Assembly: GCA_965227835.1 (NCBI GenBank)
Contig: OZ245768.1
Coordinates: forward strand, 810,001-842,000
DNA: 32,000 bases
Reading direction: 5' to 3'
DNA from: Candidatus Saccharimonadota bacterium
Lineage (GTDB): Bacteria; Patescibacteriota; Gracilibacteria; BD1-5; UBA6164
The position numbers and the translations under genes are program-made. Of the stretch, positions 8,211 to 18,805 are shown one piece after another. Within the stretch, counting starts at the first letter, position 1; each line of letters begins with the position of its first letter. The notes beneath the pieces are model-generated. The model was not told the origin of the DNA, ran no database searches, and worked only from the letters and a program-made list of their open reading frames with translations.

Positions 8211-9197
8211 ATGAGTAACAATATAGAAATAGCTACATCAAAACAAGAATCATCTTGAGAATTAGGGGGTTTAAATTGACATATAAATGGAACAAAAAAT
8301 CAGTTAATGGAAGTCTTTTGAGGGTCTTTGAATGAAGGAAAACTAGAAGAATTTGAAGAAGAAATAAATATTTTTTTAGAAAAAAATAGTAGTGATGAAT
8401 GATTTATAAAAAATATATTAGATTTCAGCAATGAATATGGGATAGATGATTGAATTACTTTGTTAAAATTGATAAATAATTGAATGCTAAATATAAAATG
8501 TGTTCATTATTTATTTTGTACTAAAAATTCACCATGAGTAGAAAGTTTTAATTTATTAGAAGCTATTAATTACAATTTTGAGAAAGCAAAAATAAATAAA
8601 CTTATTTTTTGAAAAAATTCAGATGGAAATAGTGATTCTAATACAGTTATAAAAGAAGAAGATAGTTGAATTATTAGTAATATATGAAAGGATGAACGGA
8701 AAAAGGTATTTGATAAATTTGATAGAATATCTTCAAATATGGTGTTTGAATATCTTTGAAGAATTAGAGGGAATAAATGAGATGAAATTTTTAAAAATGA
8801 AGATTGTAAAATTCCATGATTAGCTCAATGTAGATGAACATTAATTTTCAATACATTAACAAATAAATATTTTGTCTTTCATTCATCAATGTGACTTGAA
8901 AGAGATATAGCAACAAAAATTGCTAAATTATGAAAAGGACCAAAAAAAGCAATAGTTATAGGAATCTTTTCTGGAAAGGAAGAGGCAGAAATTTTAGTAA
9001 ATGATTTTAATATACCAACAGATATGATACAGCTAAAAGATGCATATACTCATTTAAATGTTATATATAATAATGAAGCAAAACAAATAGAGTTTATATA
9101 TGTTAGCAAAGATGAAGAGTGAAAAGATAAATTTAATTTGTGAAAATACAATATTAGTAGTCGGTTTCAACAATCAAGTAATAGTTTGGTAGCCTAA
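8211..9197 (+). CDS. hypothetical protein (328 aa with code 25)
   Basis: TAA/TAG-free frame from ATG 8211 to TAA 9195-9197, with about 28 in-frame TGA. TATAAT at 8191-8196 upstream. No family recognised. Confidence 0.6.
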
Positions 9198-9294
9198 AGC
9201 TTTTTCTTGATTTAAAAATTATATAGAATTTTTATTGACTTTATATATTAAATGTTTATAATTTAGATACTTTAATTTTTAAAATTTTATAATT

Positions 9295-10092
9295 ATGTGA
9301 GTTAATGGCAAAAGTAAAATAGTAAAATGAAATAATCTTGAAAAAGTTCAAAGTACAAACATTTCAGAACAAACATCACAAACTACCAGGGATAATTCAG
9401 AAGATGTAAAAAGAATCTTAGAAATTGAAAGTGCTAATAAAGCATGCACAAATTTTTTACAGGGATCTGAAAAATTAATAGGAAATGTTCAGGCTAGAGA
9501 GTATAAGGGGGATTCAAACAGAATTATAATTTTTTCAAAAGAACCTAGTATACGAGAAGAAAATTATGTAAGCAGTAAAACTGTTGAATTAAGGGGAAAA
9601 TTAAAAATAGAACCAATTCAATCATGTTTTTCTCCAAGTAAAAAAACTTTTAATTTTAAATTAGTTCATGAAAATCATTACAATGTAGATATAGGTGAAG
9701 ATTTAATTCCAAAAGTTAGAAAATATTTAGATAAATCTGATTTATCATTATTTAAATTACTACTTAAAAAATATGAAGAAGAAAGGACCCCTAGGTTTAT
9801 AGAAGAAATAGAATTATATAAGAAACAGATAAAAGCTATAGAAGAAGAAAATAATGAAGATGAATCTAAAAAATTACTAGATATAAAGTATTATAAAAAA
9901 TTAATAAAACAGCTTGAGGAAGAACTAAAAGTACTAAAAATGGTTAAAAATTCCAAATTAGAAAATATAAAATATGAATTTATACAAAGTTGACATAGCC
10001 AGTATTTTTCAATTACCCCATTAAGAAAGGTTATTAAAACAAAAAAAAGAATATCCAAGTTCTTGAAAAGAAGAATAGTTAAAAAATCCTAA
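9295..10092 (+). CDS. hypothetical protein with a Lys/Glu-rich coiled-coil-like C-terminal half
   Basis: Code-25 frame from ATG 9295 to TAA 10090-10092. TTGACT at 9235-9240 and TATAAT at 9257-9262 upstream. No family recognised. Confidence 0.55.
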
Positions 10093-10907
10093 TTACTAAA
10101 CAAGCTATACCTTAATATACTTAAAAAATCTGTATTATCTAAGGTTATTTCTAAACTTTGCTTATATTTTCAAACCTGTGCACTTGATATTATATCTGAA
10201 ATGGGTTTGGTAAAAAATTCTCAAGAATTCAAAGATTTAAGTTTGTAATTTAGTTTATTATTTGGATCAAGATTTGTTATTATTAAATAATTTTTACTAT
10301 AAGTATCCAAAAATCAACTAGTACCATTTATATTTATTTGAGATAAAAAACTTCAATCTGATTTTTTACCATATCAAGTAGAGCTAGAACCTATAGAAGA
10401 ATTTCATCAAATTCAATCTCAATTTTCAGAAACAATATTCCAAGCCATTTTACTCTGATCAGTAAAAGAACCTCAATTTAATATATCAAGACTTATATTT
10501 TCTACTTTATCTTCGCTGGTTAAAGATAAATAAAAAAGAGGAATAATAATTTGTTCAAAACTATAAAGCTCTCAAGTATAATTGTTTGTTTTAGAATTTA
10601 GATCATATCAAATAAGAACTTCTTTTTTATTATTTGGATCATCTCTGAGTATCTTTGAATCGTCAAAAGATTCTCATAGGATTATTTTATTATAAACTCC
10701 ATAAGAATATTTTTTTATATCAAAAAGCGCAAGTTCCATTGCTGCCTCTGCTCAGGCATAAGCTTGTAAATAACTAAATTGCCCTCTGTTATCTTTCATT
10801 TCTCTAATAACTAAATTTAAAATTCAAGTTGTTACTACAATTAAAAAACCTATTATCATAAGAGTAATAAGTATTGTGTATCAAGAATTTTTAGATTTTA
10901 ATCTCAT
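10089..10907 (-). CDS. large minor pseudopilin (GspK/PilX-like, lacks Glu5)
   Basis: N-terminus MRLKSKNSgYTILITLMIIGFLIVV has a prepilin-like leader and hydrophobic helix but Thr instead of Glu at +5. 272 codons, TAG stop at 10089-10091. Last gene of the pilus operon. Confidence 0.6.
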
Positions 10908-10947
10908 ATTTTATAATTGGAATAATATGATAAAAGATTAGAAGAAA

Positions 10948-11538
10948 TTAATTTGTTTTTATAAACCTCTCGGAAATAGTAGTTTGAAAAACTAACTTTG
11001 ATTTCTTTATAAGACTTGTTTTAATTCATTTCTTTGTAGCTGGTCTCATAGTAAAATTTATAACAAGTTTTCTTTTTTGTTCTCACATTAGGGTAAAGTT
11101 TAAATCTTCCAAAGCCACCCATGAATTTGTAAGCATACTTTGATTTTTTACTAAAAAACAATTATTTTTTAAAAGAGTGCAAATAGATTGCATATCAGAA
11201 AAATTAACTCTACTATAATTTCAAGATACATATCAGTCAGAAAGATAATATATATCATTTCATATTTTTAAAAAATTTCAATTTACTATATTAGAACTAT
11301 CAGATAAAGAGTAGTTATCAACTATATTTTTTTTAACTCAGTTTATTCAATCTATTCTTACTGATTCAGATATAGTTGATGTAACGTTTTTTACATTTTC
11401 TTGCATTTGTCTGTTTATATCTATTTTGTTTGTAAGATCTAAGCTAATACTAAAAATTTGTAAAACAGAAACCATCACAATCATAAAAATACTAACAGCG
11501 ACTATTATCTCTAATAATGTAAATGCTTTTTTATTCAT
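10948..11538 (-). CDS. pseudopilin with prepilin-type N-terminal cleavage/methylation domain
   Basis: MNKKAFTLLEIIVAVSIFMIVMV (FTLLE motif). Code-25 extension of track ORF 11347..11538 down to TAA 10948-10950. Confidence 0.7.
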
Positions 11539-11609
11539 AAAAATTTATTTTTTAAATATAAAAAATCTTCAACTTTCAGCTTTATACTTTTCAACTTCAC
11601 ACTAATCCC

Positions 11610-12230
11610 CTAGTATCTATTAAAATTAGTCAAAATAGTATTTATTTCAAATTCTCTATATTTTTTAGAATACCAAACTACCTTTGATTTTAGTTTAAAT
11701 GCATTATTCATAACATTTCAAGAAGAATCTTTTAACTCACTAAGAACTACATATCTATACATATTAGTTTTCTTATCATCATCTAGACAATCATGGCTAT
11801 ACAAACTTGTATCTTTTTTTATACAAAGAGCATAGTCATTAAATTTTCAATTTTTGAAATCATCCTGAGAATCAGATGTAAAGAATTGATTTCAGTCAGA
11901 CTTTAAAACAAAAGGATAGTTAGATGAAGAAAAATCATTTTCTAGTTTATAATAAACTCAAAGCTCAAATTTTTTTGTGAAGTCATTGCTTGGATTTGGT
12001 ATCCAGTTGTAATTATGATAAGTTTCATAGTTATAATCACGAATGTTTCTAATTATCTCAATACCCTCTCTTGCTAAATTACTAGCAATTATACTATCTT
12101 TGTTTGTAGCATTTATATTTATACTAGAACTTATAAGCATAAAAATAGAAGCCATACCCATAGAAAATATAAATATAGATATCATTACTTCTATTATAGA
12201 AAACCCATAAGAATTTGAGTTTTTTGTCAT
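11610..12230 (-). CDS. pseudopilin with prepilin-type N-terminal domain
   Basis: MTKNSNSYGFSIIEVMISIFIFSMG (G/FSIIE). Code-25 extension of track ORF 11958..12230 down to TAG 11610-11612. Confidence 0.7.
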
Positions 12231-12272
12231 AAGTTAAAGATTTTATTAAATTTGTAATGTAGGTTTTATTTT

Positions 12273-12833
12273 TTAATAATCACTTATATAAGTTTTTGTA
12301 TAATAATCTAGTGTTTTTCTCAAATTAGAACTAGCTCATTTATAGGAATATTCTATTTCTATTTTATTATCACTGACTACTAAATCGCTTTTTACATTTT
12401 CAAAATCAAAATAATGTCATTTTCAAGATATAGCTTCAAACAAAAAAAGAACTTTTGATTTTCATTCTATTTTTTCAATCCAAATATCTTGTCAAAGGTC
12501 TATTTCTTTTAAAATCAAAGAATCATCATCAACTACTATTTGTGATCAGGTTTGATAACTATATGGATATGAAAATATTTTAACTATATTTTTGTTGTCC
12601 TCATCAAAATAAACTCAAATGGAAAGATTTCAAGCAGAAGAACTAATTCAATGTATTGCCATATTTCTTGATTCAGATAATGTTTTTGATATATTTTTGG
12701 AAGCATTTCTTAAATCAGCTTTTTTAATAAAAAGATTGTAAGGAGCATAGGTCATAGTCATCATAATTCATAAAATAGAAATAACTATCATAAACTCTAT
12801 CAATGTAAATCATTTATTATTTAAAAACTTCAT
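12273..12833 (-). CDS. pilin/pseudopilin with canonical prepilin-type N-terminus
   Basis: MKFLNNKgFTLIEFMIVISILgIMM is the canonical G/FTLIE class III signal, with the cleavage-site Gly encoded by TGA. 186 codons, TAA stop at 12273-12275. Confidence 0.75.
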
Positions 12834-12858
12834 ATTTCATATATTAAAAATTTTTTAT

Positions 12859-13986
12859 TTATCAAACAGCTTGTGTTACTTGTAATATAGCACCAAAAAC
12901 CGCAAAAGCAAACCATAAAACAAATAAAGCTGCAATCACTATCGCTAAAGGTTCAATCCATTTTGTAAGATTTGATAAGGAATAATCTACTTCTCTACTA
13001 TACTGATCAACTATTTTTAGATTTATCTCTTCCATATTAGCTGTTTTTTCTCAAATTGCTAACATTTGTAGATATGAGTTGGGGAAGTAAAATTTATCTT
13101 CATCTACTGCCCTCATAGATTCAACTATTTTTTGTCAAGATTCAACTTTTTTCATTATTTCATTAAAAAGCTGTTCATAAATATAGCTTCCAGAAGATTT
13201 TCAAACTAGTTTCAAGACTTTTATAGTACTAACTCACGATCAGATAAGGTTTCACATAGAAGAGGATATATTTGTAATAATATAGTTTCTGTATACTTTT
13301 CAAACGAGAGGTAGAGATAAAAGCATGTTATCTAACTTTTCTTTTCAAGATTCAGTTGATTTATATCATACAAAAAAGACAAAACCACTGAAAAGAAAAA
13401 AAATTATAAATAAATAATAATTTTTTAAAAAGTCTGATGTGGCAACAAGAGCCTTGGTTGTCATTGGTAATTCAGCTTCAGAATTTTCAAAAAGTGGCAT
13501 CAAAGAAGGAATAACATATATTAAAACTATAACAACAGCTGATAGTAAGAATATAAATATTATAAGAGGATATGTAAGAGAACTTTTTATCTTTTTTTTC
13601 AATATATCGTTTTTTCTTATAGATATAGCTAATGATTCTAAGGATTTTCACAAGCTACCTGTTGTTTCTCATGATTCTATTATAGATATTTCATGTTTTC
13701 CAAAAATAGATGGATTTTTTTTCATAGCTTTAGAAAGAGAATCTCAACTAGAAATGAATATAAGCATTTCATTTATTTTTTGTTTAAAATAAACATTATC
13801 TAGCTTCTCTGTAACACCACTTAGTGTTTCTCACATTCAAACACCTGAATTAAGCATAACTGCTATGTATTCATAGAAATTATACTTATCTTTATCTCAA
13901 ACTTTTTTAAATAGAGTAAAATTTTGCTGAGACTCTAAATCTTCATATCCTTGAGTTTCAATGTTTTCATAATTTTCTTTTTCCAT
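12859..13986 (-). CDS. pilC: type IV pilus / type II secretion platform protein (GspF/PilC family)
   Basis: Two GspF-type repeats, each with ESgE..G.L-like signatures (IIESgETTGSLgKSLESL, and MLAIgEKTANMEE). Three hydrophobic segments. The frame is continuous from ATG 13986 to TAA 12859-12861. Track ORF 13366..13602 is an internal fragment. Confidence 0.85.
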
Positions 13987-14006
13987 TTTTTTGCTATTTT
14001 TACTTA

Positions 14007-14576
14007 CTAATTTGATAATTCATTATCAATTATATACATATCAAGAGGTAGGTTTATATTATATGGTCATGATTTTTCAATAGGAAAATTTAGACTTGTT
14101 ATAAAAAAGCTATACTCATTATCTTTGGAAGTAAGGTATTCTAAAAGATTTTTCAAGCTAAATCTATCATATACTCTAATTTTTAAATTTATACTAACTT
14201 TTTGAAATCATAGCTCAGATTTTTGAGCTTCACTAAAAGATATATTATCTAGGTATAAGACTATTCTTCAAGAGCTTTTATTTACTTTTTCCACATAATC
14301 ATTTATATAGAGGATTATCTTATCTTCACTGAATTCTCCTATAAAATTTTTTAGATCTTTTGTTATAATACTTTGCTTATCTTCCAAATCTTCTTTGAGT
14401 TTATTAAGTTCTTCCAAACTAGAATCAAGAGATTGCTGTTTTTCTATTTTTGTATTTTTATCATCTAGGTTAGTTTGTAAATCTATATAATATACCCTAG
14501 TAAAAAATATTAATACAAAAAAAGAAAACAGTATAACTAGCAAGACTAGAAATTTATTATTTTTTAAATCGTTCAT
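14007..14576 (-). CDS. PilO-like pilus assembly protein (single N-terminal TM helix plus coiled coil)
   Basis: MNDLKNNKFLVLLVILFSFFVLIFF, then a coiled coil, then a small C-terminal domain. The call rests on operon position between the PilN-like and PilC genes, on topology and context rather than sequence motifs. TAG stop at 14007-14009. Confidence 0.5.
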
Positions 14577-14607
14577 TTTATTAAAAGTTATTGAATTATA
14601 AAATATT

Positions 14608-15279
14608 TTAGTTTTGATTTAATATATCCTGTTTCTTCTTTTCAAATTCCTGTTTTCTTTTTTCTTGTTCTAATCTAAGCATTTCTTGATCTTCTAATTT
14701 CTTAGTTTCTATGTCTTGGAGAATTTTCTCAAGATTATCTTTTAAATCAAGTTCAATACTAAAAACATTATCAACTCCTTCGTTTTTAGTAGATATGTTT
14801 TTAATCAAAGATAAATCAAAAAGGGACTCTAAATTTTGGTTTTCTCTATATTTACTAATAAACTCTGAAATTTTTTGATAATGTAATTTTCCAGAAGAAT
14901 CGCTACTAGCAGTAGCAGAAAGTGATAATTTTCATGATGAATAATTAAATCATTTAAAGTTTATAGAATATATTCTGCTTATTTTCATAATATGGTCTAT
15001 AAATAAGTTTATATTTGAATAATCATTCAGTTTTTGGATAGATTTTATATTTGATTTATATAGTCTAAAAATAAGAACTTTAGAATCTCTTTCAAGTTCT
15101 TTTATAGAAGCTTCTTTGAGGTTTATTTCATCATCAAGAATTTTATTATTGTTTACCAAATTCATGTTGTAAAAATAAAGTCCTGCCGTTGCAAGCAAAC
15201 TAAATACAAAAAATAACACAGACAAAACTAGATAGTTTTTTCTTTTTGGTCTATAAGGTTTTTTTGGTTCTAAATCCAT
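14608..15279 (-). CDS. PilN-like pilus assembly protein (short cytoplasmic N-terminus, TM helix, coiled coil)
   Basis: Track ORFs 14950..15279 and 14608..14808 are in the same frame, joined through TGA codons. The sequence is MDLEPKKPYRPKRKNYLVLSVLFFVFSLLATAGLYFY followed by a coiled coil. The call is based on topology and context. Confidence 0.5.
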
Positions 15280-15361
15280 TATGATATTTTTAGGTATTAA
15301 ATTATTTCAATAATGAACAAATATTACTGCTGTAATAATAACATAAATGATAAGAAAAAAC

Positions 15362-15394
15362 AAAAAAGTCTAAGAAAAATACCTAGACTTTTTT
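15362..15394 (-). terminator. bidirectional-looking intrinsic terminator downstream of the 15418..16146 gene
   Basis: aaaaaagtcta-(11 nt)-tagactttttt. A 6-7 bp stem flanked by an A-run and a T-run. Confidence 0.45.
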
Positions 15395-15417
15395 GAAAAA
15401 TCTTTTTATAAAAATTT

Positions 15418-16146
15418 TTATTTTACAAATTCCTTAAGTTTAAATCATTTTTCATTTATTATTCTAGCATTACCGTTGTTGTATTCTTTAATCACATATA
15501 ATCCTTTTTTAAAGGCATATTCTCTGGAGTCTTTAGGTATACTTCTAGCTCAAACTAATCAAAAAAGTTTATACTTAGAATATTCTGGAAAATGTTTTCT
15601 AAAACTTGGGAGTCTTTTTTTCACAAATTCATCTATATGTCTTTTGCTAAGCCTTGTTTTTACCTCTGTAACAAAAACTTCATCTCAATTCACTCATACT
15701 ATATCAAATTCAGCTTTTCAAGGTAGTTCAAGATTTCTGTATATTTTTGTAAGGTCTTTTCATTTTTCTTCAAGGAGTTTTTCAAAATTATCAAATACTA
15801 AATCTTCACTTATTTCTCCTTGGGTTACTCACATACCTATAAGTATACTTCATGTTTTTTTCAACTGCTCGTCTGTTTTTTTCAATTGCTCGTCTGTTTT
15901 TTCTTGAGCTCTTTTTAAATCTTGAATTTGTTCGTCTGTCTTCTCTTGAGCTCTTTTTAAATCTTGAATTTGTTCGTCTGTCTTCTCTTGAGCTCTTTTT
16001 AAGTCTTGAATTTGTTCGTATGTTTTTCTAAGTTGTTCATCTGTTCTTTCTTGGGCTCTTTTCAGTTCTTGAATTTGCCCATCTGTTTTTTCTTGTGAAA
16101 TAGCTAACCTTGCTACTATTTCTTGTATTTCTTGGATACTTATCAT
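15418..16146 (-). CDS. coiled-coil repeat protein with a C-terminal PD-(D/E)xK-like (DUF3782-like) domain
   Basis: The N-terminus has tandem (Q)IQDLKRAQEKTDE repeats. The C-terminus has AEFDIVgVNgDEVFVTEVKTRLSKRHIDEF, a D...(D/E)xK-like pattern typical of DUF3782-type proteins. Code-25 extension of track ORF 15850..16146 down to TAA 15418-15420. Confidence 0.55.
15855..16090 (-). repeat. in-frame tandem repeats (2 x 21 bp, then 3 near-identical x 42 bp, plus diverged copies)
   Basis: ttctcttgagctctttttaaatcttgaatttgttcgtctgtc is repeated from about 15900 to 16025. tttttttcaa(c/t)tgctcgtctg occurs twice at about 15855-15897. Confidence 0.85.
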
Positions 16147-16346
16147 AATTATTTTTTTAGTTAATAATGAAAATAATTTTTTTAAGGACTTCTACAAAAT
16201 TACTTCGTTATGACAAAAATAGAGATTTTTTAGATAATTTTTACGAATAAAATTTTTTGTTTATTTATTTTAAGCCAAAAATTTCTCTGTTGAAAATTAG
16301 CAAAAAAGATCATTTTTTCATAGATGTTAATTTTAAAGAAGTCCTT

Positions 16347-16790
16347 TTAGATACTCTCTGAACCTGAACTTAATACCCCTAAAACAAAAACTAGTATTGG
16401 ATATGCTAACCATATAACAGCTAGTCAAACTACTACATAAAGTATAGTAGACTTTTGTTTTTTTATAACCTCATCATCTCAAACAGATATGAGTATTCTA
16501 AATCAAGCATATATTATATATATGACAGAAACTATGGTCAGAAAAGAAAGTATATAGACAGTTATATCTTGAATATATTCAGAAAGAGGCCTTTCTGTTT
16601 CTATACCAGTAACAGTTCATTTTACTATATCAACTCAACTAGACAAGTTGCAGCCTTGTTCTCAACAATCAATTTTTACCTCCGCGGAATCTTCCTGGAA
16701 TAAATCTCAAAAGGAGAAAGCAGATATATTTTGGATGATAATAAAAAAAGAAATAAAAATTATAAAAAGTATTTTAATAAAGATTTTCAT
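16347..16790 (-). CDS. small two-TM secreted protein resembling CPR T4SS-pilin (TrbC/VirB2-like) proteins
   Basis: Signal peptide MKIFIKILFIIFISFFIIIQNISA, then two hydrophobic helices separated by a short polar loop (YAgFRILISVgDDEVIKKQKSTILYVVVgLAVIWLAYPILVF). 147 codons, TAA stop at 16347-16349. Confidence 0.45.
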
Positions 16791-16879
16791 ATTTGTTTGG
16801 TTAAAAATAAATAGCAATTAAAAATATTTTAGTTAAGATAAAACAAATATCAAATAAAAACGAAAAACTTCAAAAAATA

Positions 16880-17917
16880 ATGAAAAACTATATATATTTA
16901 ATATCAATTATAATTCTTGTATTAGCTTGGTTCTATATTTCTTGATTTATAGGGTTAGTTCAACTTGGAGGTTTTATGATATTTTATTCATTTATATTTT
17001 ATGTGTTTTATTATGCATACAAAAAAATATATATATTTTGCTTTAAAAAAGAAAAAGACATTTTGCATTATAGAATATTTTTGGAAAATTTTACAAAAAA
17101 AATATCCCTATCTATAATTATTATATCTTTAATAATATTTTCTTTTTGATACTATCAAATTTATATAGCTCCTGCAAAAATGTTGGAATATCATATATCA
17201 AATGGTAAAAAACAAGTAGTATTTCAAGAAATGAGTCATATATGAACTGGTGAATTTTATGAGAAAATAAGAGATAATTTAGCTTGATATAAAAAAAATT
17301 CTTTTGTATACTTCTATGAGGGAGTAAGACCTGGAAAAAACGAAAATAATAACAAGTTTAACGAACTTATATGAATAAAATTTGATGAGAATTTGTATAA
17401 AAATTTTTCCAAACTTTATTGAGTGACTTTTCAAGATAATAGTATTTATATGTGATTAGTGAATGATTTAGATTTCAATGTAGATGTTTGAATTGATTGG
17501 ATAATAAAGGAATATAAAAAAATATGAGAAAAAAATTATTCATTGTCTGAAAATAAAGATATAAACGAAAAAAAAGAAGTAGTTGATTTAAACAAACAAA
17601 TATTAGATTCTCTTTCAAAGCTAAATGAAAAACAATTAAAAATCTTGGTTTTTGTTAATAAATCTATACTAAATTTTTTAATAAAAAATGATAGAATACA
17701 AAATTTTGTAAAAGACGAGTTTACAAATAAAAATTTGTTTAAGATAATTCTAGAATGAAGAAATAATGTTTTAGCACAGGAAATCATAAATACAAAATAT
17801 GATAAAATTTATGTTACATACTGAAAACTCCATTTTCATGGAGTTTTTGAACTTTTAAAAATAAGTGATAAAAATTGGAAAATTGTAGGAAAAAGAGAAT
17901 TTGTTTCTGTGAGATAA
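16880..17917 (+). CDS. TraB/GumN-family protein with N-terminal TM helices
   Basis: VVFQEMSHIgTgEFYEKI, VYFYEGV, EgRNNVLAQEI and IYVTYgKLHFHGV resemble TraB/GumN (pheromone-shutdown-like) motifs. Code-25 frame from ATG 16880 to TAA 17915-17917. Confidence 0.5.
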
Positions 17918-17926
17918 AAAATCTTT

Positions 17927-18604
17927 TTAATTATTTTTATCTTTCACAAAAATAGCTGGTGTCATGAAATAGTTTACTCATTCTACGATTTCATGATCAT
18001 TTTCTCATTTATCTACTCATATTCAAAAATTTAGATACTTACCAACCATAGAGTCTTGATATTTGGTAGAAGTAGGAAGTATTGTTCAAATTCAAATATG
18101 ATAGAAATCTCTAGAACTAATAATTAGGATACCTGGAAATACTTTTAATAAATTATCAGCTCAGATAGTTTTTACTATAGCTTCCATCTCTTTAAAACTT
18201 GGCAGCCTAGATCATCTTGATTCAGCAACTTCAATTGCTTTGTCTAAACTAAAAAGATGTGATCATTTTGCTTCTCAATCTAATAATTCAAGATGCTTAG
18301 GTCCACTTAAAGAGTCTACTCTAAAAGTAACTCCATCATTAAAAATTTCCTGATATTCTAATCATCAATCGTTTAAACTGTCTATATCTAGCTTTAATAA
18401 ATCTTCTCCCAGATATATTTCTTTTTCTTCACCATCAACAACGATTTTTATAAGTTTAAATCCTTCATTTTCTACATTTAAAATACCATCTACAGATCCA
18501 TTTACAGTAGAATTAGTTCAAGATTCAACTCAAGTTTCTACTCAAGTTTCTACTCAAGTTTCTACTCAATTTTCTCCTATTCCAGGAGTATTAGGTCATG
18601 CCAT
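17927..18604 (-). CDS. hypothetical protein with an N-terminal (gVET)n repeat
   Basis: Code-25 frame from ATG 18602-18604 to TAA 17927-17929 (225 codons). No family recognised. Confidence 0.5.
18528..18575 (-). repeat. 4 x 12-bp in-frame tandem repeat (actcaagtttct)
   Basis: Units at 18528-39, 18540-51 and 18552-63, with a degenerate unit at 18564-75. Each encodes gVET on the minus strand. Confidence 0.85.
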
Positions 18605-18805
18605 AATAATAATAGTTATATAATAAAATTATGAAAAATCAAATTTCCATAATTTTACTATATTATGTTTTTATTTTATGTCAAGTTTTTTTTATGATGT
18701 TTTTTCATCATAGTTGAATAGCCAATTTTTTAAAAATAATTGACCCTTAAATAAAATAAATATAGTATCTAACAATATAACCCTAATAATCAATAAACTT
18801 TAAAA

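Noticed and set aside
16185-16346. 10-bp inverted repeat aaggacttct / agaagtcctt separated by about 150 nt in the intergenic region 16147-16346, as possible element ends.
   Set aside because: It is a single short repeat pair with nothing coding between the arms and no target-site duplication. It is compatible with chance.
13439-16703. Plus-strand track ORFs 13439..13792, 15476..15907 and 16455..16703.
   Set aside because: They are antisense to PilC, the DUF3782-like gene and the T4SS-pilin-like gene respectively. Those minus-strand frames carry recognisable motifs and continuous code-25 frames.
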